NCBI RefSeq assembly: GCF_964204645.1
Contig: NC_134026.1
Location: forward strand, 31,582,250 to 31,646,249
Direction: 5' to 3'
Length of the DNA stretch: 64,000 nt
From: Tubulanus polymorphus
Lineage: Eukaryota > Animalia > Nemertea
Position numbers and translations under genes: made by a program. Each line of letters begins with the position of its first letter. Position 1 is the first letter of the stretch. This document shows positions 11,001-24,700 of this stretch, piece by piece. A model generated the notes under the pieces. That model ran no database searches. It was not told the origin of the DNA and was given only the letters and a program-made list of their open reading frames with translations.

Positions 11001-14000
11001 GCGCATTGGAAGCAATTTTTGATTGCCACGGCAAATTGCCGATTGCTGCTAATCTACTTCAATTTCATCAAAAACATTGTTTAGAAAGAAAAAAAAAACG
11101 TCATTCAGTAAATAATTGCCACAGTTTTTGCCGGTGCAGTCACTCGGTACGGTTCCAGCACCGCTGCTTTACCACCTCCACAGACAAACAGTGTGTTTAT
11201 ACGAATGTTCACACATCCAAAATAACAAGGTCAACAAGTCTGGATCTGGCCCTGGTCAGTCAATGAGTACCACTTAATCACAAGTCTGGATCTGGCCCTG
11301 GTCAGTCAATGAGTACCACTTAATCACAAGTCTGGATCTGGCCCTGGTCAGTCAATGAGTACCACTTAATCACAAGTCTGGATCTGGCCCTGGTCAGTCA
11401 ATGAGTACCACTTAATCACAAGTCTGGATCTGGCCCTGGTCAGTCAATGAGTACCACTTAATCACAAGTCTGGATCTGGCCCTGGTCAGTCAATGAGTAC
11501 CACTTAATCACAAGTCTGGATCTGGCCCTGGTCAGTCAATGAGTACCACTTAATCACAAGTCTAGATCTGGCCCTGGTCAGTCAATGAGTACCACTTAAT
11601 CACAAGTCTGGATCTGGCCCTGGTCAGTCAATGAGTACCACTTAATCACAAGTCTGGATCTGGCCCTGGTCAGTCAATGAGTACCACTCTAACACAAGGC
11701 TGGATCTGGTCCTGGTCGGTCACTCTAAAGTTGATAGAATGTGTGTGTGTGGACTCTGAGTAGTACAGTAGACAGTGTATGTAACACAATGAAGTCTATC
11801 ACACACTTTTATTGTTAAATGTTATGATAAACAAATACGTATTACATTAAAAATACAGAATGATTCATGCTTTAAAAACTGAAACCCTGAAGTTATATGA
11901 ATATTAGATAAAAACATGATGCGAATGTTAAATAAACCCGAGTCACCAGCAAGTCATGTATAGTATATATATATATAACATTTACCGAGATTTGTGCTAC
12001 CACCTAGTTCTATGTATCCCGTAGCATTTATAAACGTTGGTTTATTCTCTGCTGAAATTATATATATCAAACACCTATATATACATCAAACATTTAACAT
12101 CACAACCTGTGAGAACCCTTCAATATGTGTCAGGAGGAGAGTGGATAATGTTGCATTTTGGTTTATTATATATCTGGTCTAAAAATATATCTGGAACCAA
12201 ACAGTTCAGCGGAACAGGCCCGATGGAACAGGCCCGATGGAACAGGCCCGATGGAACAGGCCCGATGGAACAGGCCCGATGGAACAGGCCCGATGGAACA
12301 GGCCCGATGGAACAGGGCTGGGTGAACTAGACCTGTAATAATTTATCCTACTAAATGATAGGAAAATCAGGTAACGTTTCTCATATTGAGACCCAGATCC
12401 ACATGACTCATAGGAGATACAACTAGCTGCAGGTTTTAATAGTGAAATAAAAATAGGGATATGAATAGAAAAATCAAAAACATAAACTACATTTGACAAC
12501 ATCTAAACAACAACTAAACAACCATTATTCAACAACCATTGCGGAGGCGTCCGGACTCCTGTTGAACCCTCCATCAATTATCTATTTATTAGTGAATGAA
12601 TGATGGTGGCTGAATAATGATGCATCATTGTGTTGTGTGTGTGGTCTTTAGTGCTAATAACCTGATCAGATCTTCTACAATCAACAATCATTTAAACAAT
12701 CATTCTACAATCAACTCCAGTTCCACATTTCGGATCCAGGATCCAGTTCCACATTCCGGATCCAGGATCCAGTTCCACATTTCGGATCCAGGATCCAGTT
12801 CCACCTTCCGGACCCAGGATCCAGTTCCACATTCCGGATCCAGGATCCAGTTCCACATTTCGGATCCAGTTCCACAGTTCTAGTTCCGCATGATAATCAA
12901 ACACCCTAGTAACGCCCCCTGGTGGTGGTGAAAGTAGAAAATCTGAACAACTCAACGAATCAAATTCATGCAAACAATAATGAATAACGTTTACAATATT
13001 TTTACCCTTAATTTGAAAATGTTCATGCGTAGAATCGCTATCAGCACTGGATGAATCATCATATAACAATGGGACTGTTACCCCGTTACCAGGGTGATCC
13101 CCGATTCCTAAATTCACAGAGAAATTTTAGATTTTAAAAGAATACGATGAATGAAGCATTCATACATATGTAGAACAGGTATTGGTGGGTATTAGTATTG
13201 ATCTCAGGGTTCAAACATTACAACCAGATGTTTCTATTTAACACAGCCAGCCCGGTATAAGTACCAGTTATAAGGGTGACTAAGCCTCATAAACTTTCAT
13301 TTATACAAATATTCATAGATAAACTATTATAATGGTTCAACAGGTTGTATCAAAAATTCATAAAGACTAGTCTTTATGAATTTTTGGTTGTATCTATACA
13401 CTAGGAGATTTGGGAGATGTCAAATTGTGCCCTTAACAGATATCGAAGCCTAACTCCAATGTTTACAGAGAATCAGTATAAAGGGGGAGGTATCATTGAC
13501 AAACCCCGGTCAGGCATAGAAAGGGGAGTTCAGAGAGAGAGAGAGGGATATCATTGAGAACTTACCATTTTCGATGTCAGTTTTAGAAGTCAGATCAGCA
13601 GATTCCTGTAGTTCACCAGCAGCAGACGTATTCAACAGACGTTTAGCATCGAAATGAACTAAATGACTGAATTCATCTTCACTTCGCTTTTTAAAACATG
13701 TACATTTTTCGACCATCCATTTTTCGATAGTCGGATTAAAAAACATTAAAACAATATACAACGCGTAAAGCACCAATAATATCACTCCTTCGTACCTGTA
13801 AATATATACCATATACGACATTTACAGTACGCCCCCTAGTGGATCATATCGATACTACATGTATACTAATACATACCAGTGAATAATTTCATCGTAGATG
13901 ATGGCAGTTAAAGCAATTATACTCAACAAATAACAGATACAATCTCTAAATAGAGGCCACCAATGAAGATTGACAACCTACAATCAATTAGGATATCATC

Positions 14001-17000
14001 GAAATTAGATACAGTTTCATCAAACCCCCCCTGACCCGACTCCCCCTGCCCCCAACCCCCGACCCCCAACCCCCTACTGATATGATACATACCGCTCCTG
14101 CACAAATCGCGCAAATACCAATAACAAACATGATATTGAATACAGCAGATCCAACTACAGCACCTAAACCAATATCATCCTATTCAAAATAAAATCACAC
14201 AGTATGGGTTCAGTGTTAGTGTTACCTGAAACATTTCATACCGATACAAAAAAACCCCTAAACATCATCGGCACCATTACAAACCCCTAAACATCATCGG
14301 GACCATTAAAAACCCCTAAACATCATCGGCACCGTTACAAACCCCTAAACATCATCGGGACCATTACAAACCCCTAAACATCATCGGCACCATTACAAAC
14401 CCCTAAACATCATCGGGACCATTACAAACCCCTAAACATCATCGGCACCGTTACAAACCCCTAAACATCATCGGGACCATTACAAACCCCTAAACATCAT
14501 CGGCACCATTACAAACCCCTAAACATCATCGGCACCATTACAAACCCCTAAACATCATCGGCACCATTACAAACCCCTAAACATCATCGGCACCGTTACA
14601 AACCCCTAAACATCATTGGGACCGTTACAAACCCCTAAACATCATCGGCACCGTTACAAACCCCTAAACATCATCGGCACCGTTACAAACCCCTAAACAT
14701 CATCGGCACCGTTACAAACCCCTAAACATCATCGGCACCGTTACAAACCCCTAAACATCATCGGGACCGTTACAAACCCCTAAACATCATCGGCACCGTT
14801 ACAAACCCCTAAACATCATCGGCACCATTACAAACCCCTAAACATCATCGGCACCATTACAAACCCCTAAACATCATCGGGACCATTACAAACCCCTAAA
14901 CATCATCGGCACCATTACAAACCCCTAAACATCATCGGCACCATTACAAACCCCTAAACATCATCGGCACCATTACAAACCCCTAAACATCATCGGGACC
15001 ATTACAAACCCCTAAACATCATCGGCACCATTACAAACCCCTAAACATCATCGGCACCATTAATATACATTTATCTGCAATTTCATTTATTTGTAGCTTT
15101 CAGACTTTTTAGATAATTAATTAATGCGTGAAAAACAGCATAAAAAGTAACGACAAGTCGTTTAGCAGCGGCAGTGGCAGACGGCGTTGAATTCTACTAA
15201 TTAAATATAAATAATCGGAACAATTGAGACGAATGAATCGTGGAATATATCATCATTAAACCATCTCATATCAGACGTCTGTAAATTCAGATTATCGCCG
15301 CTATGGGAGACGTAATAACTAATTGTTGGCTCTCGGAGAATATTGCGGTCGCGAAGATACACAACCAGCAATTAATGAATTAGGTTAATAAGCAATTAAT
15401 ATCGACAGCGGGTGAAGAGATATTTCTCGAGAAGAGCGAGCATAAGGAGGACTAGTGGCGCCACATATAATAACGTACCTGTACGATGAATACACCGATT
15501 ACAGCAGTAGCTAATTCAGGAGCTGAACTTCCCGCAGCCATTAGAGTAGCACCGGCAACATCTTCTTGTAATCTTAAAACTATCGATGAATATAAAATAA
15601 ATGTGAGACAGGCATCATCGGGGTAACTGAAACTCAGCATAGGTTCATACGTACTATTAACGGTTATCATTACAACTATAGGTTCCAATACTGAGAAATT
15701 CATGACAATATTTGGTTGAGGATTTTTGGTCGAGTAACAGATAAAATCATAAAACGTATCGGGGGAGCAAAAGCTTATTCCGTTTGGGGTTAAATAGGAA
15801 GCTAAGGTTTAAAAATACGACCCCTAGAAAAACACATTACGATAATTACAGTTATTTATCACATAATTCGCTATTTATTCTGTAATTTCTGTAGCTAAAC
15901 TAATATTTATCAATAATATACGGACAGTAATGGAGGATAATGGAACAGTTTAGTAGGTCTAACAGACCAGTACATAAACACTGTATAACCAGACACACCG
16001 GTCACTGTCGAATACAGGTCACTGTCTGATACCGGTCACTGTGTGATACCGGTCACTGTGTGATACCGGTCACTGTGTGATACCGGTCACTGTCTGATAC
16101 CGGTCACTGTCTAATACAGGTCACTGTCTGATACCGGTCACTGTCTGATACCGGTCACTGTCTGATACCGGTCACTGTCTGATACAGGTCACTGTCAGAT
16201 ACAGGTCACTGTCAGATACCGGTCACTGTCTGATACCGGTCACTGTCTCATACCGGTTACTGTCTGATACCGGTCACTGTCTGATACAGGTCACTGTCTG
16301 ATACCGGTCACTGTCTGATACCGGTCACTGTCTGATACCGGTCAGTGTCTGATACCGGTCACTGTCTGATACCGGTCACTGTCTAATACAGGTCACTGTC
16401 TGATACCGGTCACTGTCTGATACCGGTCAATGCTATGGGTAACTACATTGCTATTCCAGGTTTTTACCCCAAAAGTACTTGTTATCAACTGTGACCTCTG
16501 ATTGATATCAAAGGAACCTGTAGGCCCTCCCTGGTTAACTAACTAACAGACCAGTAAAACAGATGAAGAACAGTTTTTGGGGGAGGGTTGGTGTTTGATG
16601 GGGGAGGGGAACACTTACCGTCACTGATTTTTTCTAATGAAGGAACAAAATAATCATCACAAGCAATAGCGAGACCCCAGAATGAGTAAAGTGATGCTAT
16701 AATGTGTATAATAACAGCCCCTCTTCGTCTTTGTTCCATAGTAAACGCATCATTAGGGAATTGTTCAACCGCTGCAGGACTACAGTTATCAGCGTCGTGT
16801 CCTAGTAAACCGCGACTCTGTCGTCGTATATCTGTAACAACAATCACAACCACCGTACAACGTTACCATGGTAATATTTTATGAATTTATCAAAAAACAT
16901 AGCTGTATATTGCTTATATACAATGTATAAAATAAACATTCCCCTGTCTTTATGACAGCCCTAGTCTCTAGTTAGTCTCTAGTCTCTAGGGTTGACTAAT

Positions 17001-20000
17001 ATGAACCCCGGGGGGGGGGGGGGCAGATCGGGATAAATTTCAATATTTTTGAATATAAACTAAAAGAAGCACGATCTCTATGAATAAATCTGGCGTCTAG
17101 TTTATCTCACTCATTGTTTATTTTTATCATAGATAATGGATTTATCGCTATGGAAACTCATTAAGTATTAATGCTGTACGCCTGAAGTCAATAGAGAGAG
17201 TCCGAGATTTGTATATAACAGCTAAAATAGTCATCATTAATTACTAAAAACCCCACCAGGGGACACAATTATCTCTGAAAGCATTAATTTATGAATACAT
17301 AACTAGCGATAACCGGGACGAGAATGACGATAACCGGGACGAGAATGATGATAACCGGGATGAGAATAGAGATAACCGAGACGGATAATTGAGATGCAAC
17401 CCGCAGCACTAAACTACCGTAACCGTGGGTAACCTATCAATGATTTATCACAACTAGCTTTAAATCTATTTATTGCTGTGACCCAGCGGGCAGCGAGAAA
17501 GGGGAAGGGGGGTTAGACCAGAACCCCCTCCCTCCCCTCCTGGTACTGAAACACTGGGCAGCGAGAAAGGGGAAGGGGGGGTTAGACCAGAACCCCCTCC
17601 CTCCCCTCCTGGTACTGAAACACAGGGTAGCTGGAAGGGAGGAAGGGGGGTTATACCAGAACCCCTTCCCTCCCCTCCTGGTACTGATACACAGGGTGGC
17701 TGGAAGGAAGAAAAGGGGGTTAGACCAGAACCCCCTCCCTCCCCTCCTGGTACTGAAACACAGGGTGGCTGGAAGGGAGGAAGGGGGGTTAGACCAGAAC
17801 CCCCTCCCTCCCCTCCTGGTACTGAAACACTGAATGTATATGAATTATTTGTTTTTTTACAATATGTTACTGAATCAATGAAATAAAATTCTGTTGAAAA
17901 TTCATTAAATAATTATATTGTTCTAGGTGTAATTTATTCACAGTTTTATAGATTGTTGAATCGACTGCAGCAAGATTCACAGCTGTCAATATATTTAAAC
18001 CTAATCATCAATAAATATATTTGAATACTTTGGGAAGCACCAGCAGCAGCAGCAGCACCAGCAGCACCACCACCAGCACCAGAACCAGTACCAGCAGTAC
18101 CACCAGCACCAGCACCAGTACCAGCAGTACCACCAGCACCACCAGCACCAGCACCGGCACCGGCAGTCATATACATTCAAACTCAGCTCTGATGCGGGTA
18201 TTAATCTATGAAAAAGATAGCTACAAAAATATTCTTTCAGAACATCTAAATGTGATGTTAAAGCGTTGAGGTGTTTTGGGCTGACACGGAGGATTCTGGG
18301 TGGAGATATTCTATGTTTAGTAAATCCAGACACACAATATTTTGCTTTAGATCGCGGTCCTCACCTTGACCTGACATGTTCTTCACACACACAGAGCTCA
18401 GTTGAGCAACAACAAAAACTAATCCCTAATGATAGTAAAATGATATAATGTCAGTAGACATATAATCCTTTAAGATCCATTCGACGTTACAATAATCTTA
18501 ACATTGTCTCCAAACTTGAATCAATAACATTCCCTATTGACCGTTATTGACAATACTATACCAATTGTAAAAGCAAAATGAACGATACAAAATCCTATGA
18601 ATTCATTTGCATTTCACTGATATCTCCAAATTTCAATAGCATTGATCTGAGACATAAACTGAACTAGTTTGAAAAGCCAAATGAACAATATAAAATCCTG
18701 TACAAAGAAGGGAAGATGACATTAAAAAATCATTAGCCTTAAAAAACATGTACGAATATTAATTCACAGTTGTTGTTCTATTAATGTCTCCAAATTTCAA
18801 TAGCATTGACCCGATAAACTGGAAAAGTTTTCAAATTGAAGTGAACAATAGGTCTATAGAAACATTACACTAAGAAAGTGGTGATTTTAAAAATAGAACA
18901 TCTCATTAACCTGACAAAACGAGTCTTTTTATGAATCAGTTACTTCAATTCCGTTATCATAAAAATTCTATGCTAGAAAAAACCAATCGCAAAATATTGA
19001 TCAGCCACAAGAAGAACAAACCCCGAAAAATAATGCATTGAAGTCGATAATACAGCAAACATTCAGACAGACAGACAGACAGACAGACTCCCAGTAGGCA
19101 GGGTTACTGTATCACATACCAGTACTTCATAACAGAAATTTGAACAGAGAGCACATATATGGACCGCAGGGTCAATCTTGTTAAACATTTTTGAGAAATT
19201 ACATGAACAGACAGGCTTGCAATACTGAATAGAGGGTTCATTGATTTCCTCAAAAATGGATTTTAGTCAACGTCAAACATTGACATAAATTTAAATTGAA
19301 CCACAATCGAATTTAAATCAGTATCAATAACAAAATATTGGTTTTATAGTTGATTGGGTTTAATTTGACTCTGAATCCAGTTCCACAGTTATGTGGTTTT
19401 AATTTGACTCTGAATCCAGTTCCACAGTTGTGTGGGTTTTATTTGACTCTGGATCCAGTTCCACAGTTATGTAGGTTTAATTTGACTCTGAATCCAGTTT
19501 CACAGTTGTGTGGTTTTAATTTGACTCTGAACCCAGTTCCACAGTTATGTAGGTTTAATTTGACTCTGAATCCAGTTTCACAGTTGTGTGGTTTTAATTT
19601 GACTCTGAACCCAGTTCCACAGTTATGTAGGTTTAATTTGACTCTGAATCCAGTTTCACAGTTGTGTGGACAGAGACTTGCAGACTGACTGTAACTGTGT
19701 TTATGAGATGTTAGTAGTTAGCTGTATAGAACTGCCTCTTCAACCAGCTGTCTCTATAAACATTTCACTTTCAAATATTCCAAGCTGTTTTTTTCGTAAA
19801 TAATTATTCTCAAATTCTAGATCGAGAGGAATCTCTTTTTTTACAACATGTTACAAAATAGAATTTGAATATTGACAAATATAGAGATATAGTGACTGTG
19901 AATTCAACTATGACTTCATCACTGGCAACCTTTATTTATTCCAAACATTTTTGGCTTTCAAAATCACAAATTGAACATTGTTTTTTATCATACACCTTTC

Positions 20001-21165
20001 TATATGTATCATGTTTTAATGTTTGTTGAATTTTGAATATGAATATTTCAAAATTCAAACAAAAACCGGCACGATATATCGATATATCAATAAATATCCA
20101 ATACCTGATCAGAAAGTGAAACTAATGATCTGAATTGAATATTTTGTGGAATTATCAAAATAACTAACTAACCACCGAGGATCCAATTCTATAGTTGAGA
20201 TCTAACTAAGGAACTTGAATCCATATCTACATAGATTCTTAGTTAAACCACTTTGAAATAAAGTCCTAATTTAAATGACATTGAAAATTTTCAAAAACTG
20301 GGGAAAAAAAACTATAATTTTATCAACCAGAATCAGTTTCAAATTTAGGTAAAAATTTCTCCTATTTCTTGAAATATCTTCACTTCTTGTAACTTTTGTT
20401 TTTCCCTGGTTTAATTCATCATGTTGTTTTCGACAAATGAGTTTATAATTTGATACTATTAACATATGGAAGCACTCATTTGAAGGAGAAAGGATACATT
20501 GAAGTTCTATTGTTTTTTGTTTTAGGAGTCAGATTTAACAAACTCGATCACCTGTGACCGGTCTCAGATTCCGCCCAGAGGAATAGCACTTAAACCCGTT
20601 GAACTATTGAATAACATTGTTCAATTCGATGTTTAAACTTGTCAGGCACAAAAAGGGCTTTAGTTTTTTAAAGTTTTTATTGTAGAGACTATAAAAAATT
20701 ATTTTCTAAAGTATGGGTGAAAAAAAATGATCTTTAGGTATGAATACTTATGTGATTTATAGGATATTCTAACCTGAATACCGAAAACATATAAACGTAG
20801 CCATATTTGTAAGTAAAACTAAATTTGGATTTAAATTCTCAAAAAATATATTCTTTGTTTTATTCTTTATCTAAAAGAAAACTTAAATTTCGATAGATTC
20901 AAAATAAGTTTTTTTCTAAAAATTTAACATGAAAACCAATCAAAATCGTACATAATATAGATTCATGGAACTTACATGAATAATGGCTATGTTTGTTATC
21001 AGCAGTGTTGTAGATGCTATCATCATCACCATCAGTAGCTGCAACCACAGCCTCCGTATCACCGACTACAGTTATGTTTCCATACAACCACAAACTGAGT
21101 AATCCAACTGTTAAAATGACGCCTTGAATTCGACGCAAAGAACGAAACGTCTTTTTATAAAACAT
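8057..21165 (-). CDS. Sodium/potassium/calcium exchanger (NCKX, SLC24 family; resembles the CG1090-type invertebrate clade). Exons 20976-21165, 16619-16831, 15479-15579, 14093-14179, 13877-13977, 13566-13795, [13006-13107], [11986-12051], 9342-9593, 8918-9019, 8634-8762, 8057-8256
   Basis: Alpha-1 repeat CDDYFVPSL...[17 protein letters not shown]...[17 protein letters not shown], alpha-2 repeat GIPDTV...AAGVSVPD...[19 protein letters not shown]. All junctions are GT-AG and in phase; bracketed exons are symmetric phase-1 loop exons. Confidence 0.93.
8356..8556. repeat. About 31-bp intronic minisatellite (CTGCAGATTTAGTGTAGATCAGAGGCAAAAAC), about 6 copies
   Basis: Read directly. Confidence 0.85.
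10169..10268. mobile_element. Tc1/mariner-type MITE remnant
   Basis: TACTGTAAAAACC ... GGTTTTACTGTA termini resemble TA-flanked CAGTAAAACC TIRs. Confidence 0.5.
10550..10959. repeat. 42-bp intronic minisatellite, about 10 copies
   Basis: Unit CAGCCTCAGTTCCTGAGTACTAGCACCGCTCACGGATGGATG. Confidence 0.92.
11234..11721. repeat. 46-bp intronic minisatellite, about 10 near-identical copies
   Basis: Unit ACAAGTCTGGATCTGGCCCTGGTCAGTCAATGAGTACCACTTAATC. Confidence 0.95.
12211..12317. repeat. 14-bp tandem repeat (GGAACAGGCCCGAT)n
   Basis: Read directly. Confidence 0.9.
12716..12880. repeat. 26-27-bp tandem repeat built from the GGATCCAGTTCCACA MITE-end motif
   Basis: Unit CCAGTTCCACATTCCGGATCCAGGAT. 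Confidence 0.85.
13343..13394. mobile_element. 34-bp perfect palindromic mini-element with 9-bp flanking direct repeat
   Basis: GGTTGTATC-[AAAAATTCATAAAGACT AGTCTTTATGAATTTTT]-GGTTGTATC. Confidence 0.7.
14252..15061. repeat. 29-bp intronic minisatellite, about 28 copies
   Basis: Unit ACAAACCCCTAAACATCATCGG(C/G)ACC(A/G)TT. Confidence 0.95.
15997..16428. repeat. 17-bp minisatellite (CCGGTCACTGTCTGATA), about 25 copies
   Basis: Read directly. Confidence 0.95.
17484..17832. repeat. About 70-bp tandem repeat, about 5 copies, with internal GGGGGTT...AACCCCC hairpin
   Basis: Unit ...GGAAGGGGGGTTAGACCAGAACCCCCTCCCTCCCCTCCTGGTACTGAAACAC. Confidence 0.88.
19356..19668. repeat. 39-bp minisatellite, 8 copies, containing the MITE-end motif ATCCAGTTCCACAGTT
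   Basis: Unit AATTTGACTCTGAATCCAGTTCCACAGTTATGTGGTTTT. Confidence 0.92.
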
Positions 21166-21229
21166 CGTAAAAATTATAGTCTTGTGGTCAAACACCGTGA
21201 CATGAGAGCAAGCAGCAGCGCGTCGTCAT

Positions 21230-21400
21230 ATTGACTGCTATATTCCTAGCAAATTCGACTAGACCATTCACTAACTACTCATAGGTAAAGTGGGTGGCTC
21301 GACACAACCTACCACCCCTACGACTACTAACAGTGCGCATGCTCAGACTTCTTGGAAACGGTGTAAACAATATGGCGGCCGCAGTTTGACAGTTCGCAAT
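21230..21400. promoter_or_regulatory. Probable bidirectional promoter between NCKX (-) and HEATR4 (+)
   Basis: Head-to-head genes. Contains NRF1-like TGCGCATGCTCA, X-box-like CTTCTTGGAAAC, forkhead TGTAAACAA and YY1-like AATATGGCGGC; a donor at about 21527 marks a 5' exon of HEATR4. Confidence 0.55.
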
Positions 21401-21788
21401 CAAATCAACGCGAAATACTGTAATTACTGAATTTTAAACATCGTTAGACCTGTTTTTATTCACTCAATATATTAAAAACATCTCCATATAAACAATCTTT
21501 ATAATCAATATATCAGAATATGGAAGGTTAAGTTGTTAAAGCGACAATTTACAGTTAAAAACAAGTTAATGATCAATCAATAAATTTCTAAAAAGTCAGG
21601 AGTTGACAGTTGTACGAAGGGTAGACCTATGTTGTCCCTCTCTCCCCCTTTAAATATTGTTCGTTGTTTCTGCATTGACATTTCGATGAGTTACTCTGTG
21701 AACTAGTGCAGAAATTACGAGCTTTATTCAGTTAACACAGCACTAAATTTCATATATTTTCATCATACTCCAGATTGTATGTAACAAG

Positions 21789-24700
21789 ATGCATCATCAT
21801 CATCAGACTCCGGCGGAGAGAAATCGAACTCAGTTGTTTCCGTGCGCTGATAAAGTGAATATACCGTACGTCAGTTCGGGCGGAGAGCGATCTCAATCTA
21901 CCATATCAATTCCTTCGAAACACACTATAACTACAGCACCAACAGCGAAACCGGTTTTAAACAAAGTTGGATTAGATTTATCATTCGGAGAGGATGTTGT
22001 CCGAGATCGATGTTTTCATTTATTACCATATAGCGATAAGTATTTCTACGAAGCATTAGATGCCAGCGACATTGTTAGAATACCGAGTAAGAGTAATAAA
22101 CCGATTGGTCGCCATGATCGACGCGGTACCGATACCAGACACATGCCGTGCCATATACAGAAAAAAACTACCAATCAACAACAACATCTTAAACCATTAA
22201 AACAGAAAATCATGAAAAAAGCGCTCGAAATGCATAAACAGGCGTTAAAATCGGAGGGATCGAAAATAACGGTCGAGGAAGGGAAACAAGCGCCACCTGT
22301 GTTTCTTACCGAAACTAAACCCGAGGCAGAAAAATGTGAAGATCGTGAATTAAAACGAGACTGGGACGAATACTTACTGTCGTCGATTAGTCGTAATACG
22401 GCGTTCTGGTTGGTTACCGAGCGACTACCCAACAATGACTCGCAACAGGATCGATTGTTGAAAACGTTGAATAAATGGTACAGCACGACAGCACCGAGCG
22501 GAACAATGGAACTTATCAGCGACGAGATCAGTGAGGTAGAATATCAGATCAATAAAAAAGAAGAAATTAAAGAAGAAGAGAAGAAATGGATTCGTAAAGA
22601 AGATCTGTGAGTTCACCCCTCTCCCCTCATACTACCTCTTCCCCTCCCCACTCTCCTCACATACCACTCCCTCCTCTCCTCCCCTCACATACCACTCCCA
22701 CCTCTCCCCTCACTCCCCTCGTGTACCAAACCCTCTCCTACCCCATCACGTACCACTCCCTCTCCTTCCCTCCCCTCGCGTACCACACCCTCTCTTTACC
22801 TCCCCCTCACTCCCTCACCACTCCTTCTCCCCCTCAGCGTGTAAGGCTGCCATGTTTTGTTGTTTGTAGATTATTAGAAGAATTAGGAATAAAGAAAACT
22901 GCTGGCGCCGGCGAAGTGTCAACAGATCCATACAGCGATCAGAATGAAGCGACATTCTACCGTTTACCGGCCGGACAGAGAAAACTGAAAAAATCTCTAG
23001 TGAAAACTGACTCCGGTAAATTTCATTTCTCGAGATCTTAATATATGAGATTATCGTTGATCCGTGATTTGATATCGATATTTCACAGGTTCAGTGAATA
23101 AAACAGCAGTAAATATAGAAGTGAAACACAGAGAATCAACGCCTCCTCCGTCACTTCTAGATTTCATCAATCCTAAAGTTGGGAATACATTATTTAAAAC
23201 TGATAATCTATATGAACAGGAATGGTTGTCCGGTAAGTTTACTGACCTACCCCTCCCCTCCCCCAGGTTATCCGGTAAGTTTACTGACCTACCCCCTCTC
23301 ACCTGAGTTGTCTGGTAGGTTAAGGGACGGGTTGTTGGGTGGGTCTAAAGTTACAGATCTCTTTGATCTCTTCCTCATAACCCAGCAGGGTCTCTCAGAG
23401 ATCTGTAACTTAATGCCTTAAAATATTCATCATTGCAAACATATCTTAAAATCATTTGTCCAAAAAGTTTACATCCTCGAAAATTTTGATTTCCAATTTC
23501 AATATTTCGCCAACTTCTTCCTCTCTCATGGTATGTACAGGCAGTATGTATGTAGCCTGACCCTGAACCGCCCTCATAATTCATACCTGGTAATTAATAG
23601 AATCTGGTTGCACACCACAAAATGGTGGTATGTATGGGTCGCTAAAACACACTATAATCTACACCTGGGCTCGGTTTCATAGATGTGGAAGAAAAATAGT
23701 CGCTGGGAACATTTGAAATCTGTCAGTTACAACCATGGTTTCTCATTGTAACTATGGTGGTTGTCACCCAGATTGAGGATATACCCCCAGGGATAACTTT
23801 GATACTCAGTCTATGTAACCGGGCCCTGCAGTTTAAAGCTGAACACCTGCAGTTTAAATAAATTCACTTTTTATACCGGTCATTATTTAAACAGGTATCA
23901 ATCAATCTCTGCAACTGACGGCAACCGGTGATAAAACAGTGATAACAATGGAGAGTAAAAATCAATATCGTAAACTTTTACAACCGGAATACCCTCCGTT
24001 TCCCGAGGGTTGGTTTCCCCCGACGACGGATGAAAAAACATCGGCTTCGAAAACTAGTAAAAAACTAGAGAAAGGTTTACATCGATGGAGTGGGCTGCCT
24101 GAAATTATTGATGTAAGTCATTCTCGCACCCCTCAACCATCTGAATTCAACCATCTGAATTCAACCATCTGAATTCTCTGATCGATTTATCATTTGAAGG
24201 ACAGAATGGAAGGACTTCAAGTAGGATCGGGTTACCTAGACAACCGAAAAGCTGCAGATGCGGATTCTAATAAAGATGTGAAAAAGAATGTTTCATTGAT
24301 GAAAATAGGTAGAATATAAACGACACATAAACTCCCTGAGATCCTTGTAATGAGGAAAACAGAGTTATCTTGCAAAATGACCACTTTAGTTCTATAGCCT
24401 AACAACTTAAGACCAGTCTTAAGATTTAAGACCACTTTTGGACTTAAGTCACGACTGTGCAACTGGCCCCAGGGGCCGGTTCCTCAGTTGAGACTTAAGT
24501 CCAAAAATGGTCTTAAATTTTACGACTGGTCTTAAGTTGTTAGATTGGTTATAGAACTAAAACAGTCTTAAATTGGTCTTAAGCCTAAGCCATGACTGTG
24601 CAACTGGCCCCTGGTGTTATCTTTAACCCTGGGGCTAACTCAATTCATTTTCAATTGAGTTAACCCCTGGTTTAAGGATAATACCAGTCTATAAAACCAG

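Noticed and set aside
10550-16428. CRISPR-like appearance of the 29-47-bp arrays
   Set aside because: Units are head-to-tail with no unique spacers, there are no cas genes, and the context is eukaryotic introns.
17946-18333. Cys/Trp-rich and Gly/Ala-rich ORFs
   Set aside because: Frames of an (ACC/AGC) trinucleotide-type low-complexity tract; no splice or homology support.
21372-21526. ATGGCGGCC (21372) or ATGGAAG (21520) as the HEATR4 start
   Set aside because: The first stops after 5 codons and the second splices out of frame to TAA; ATG 21789 is preferred.
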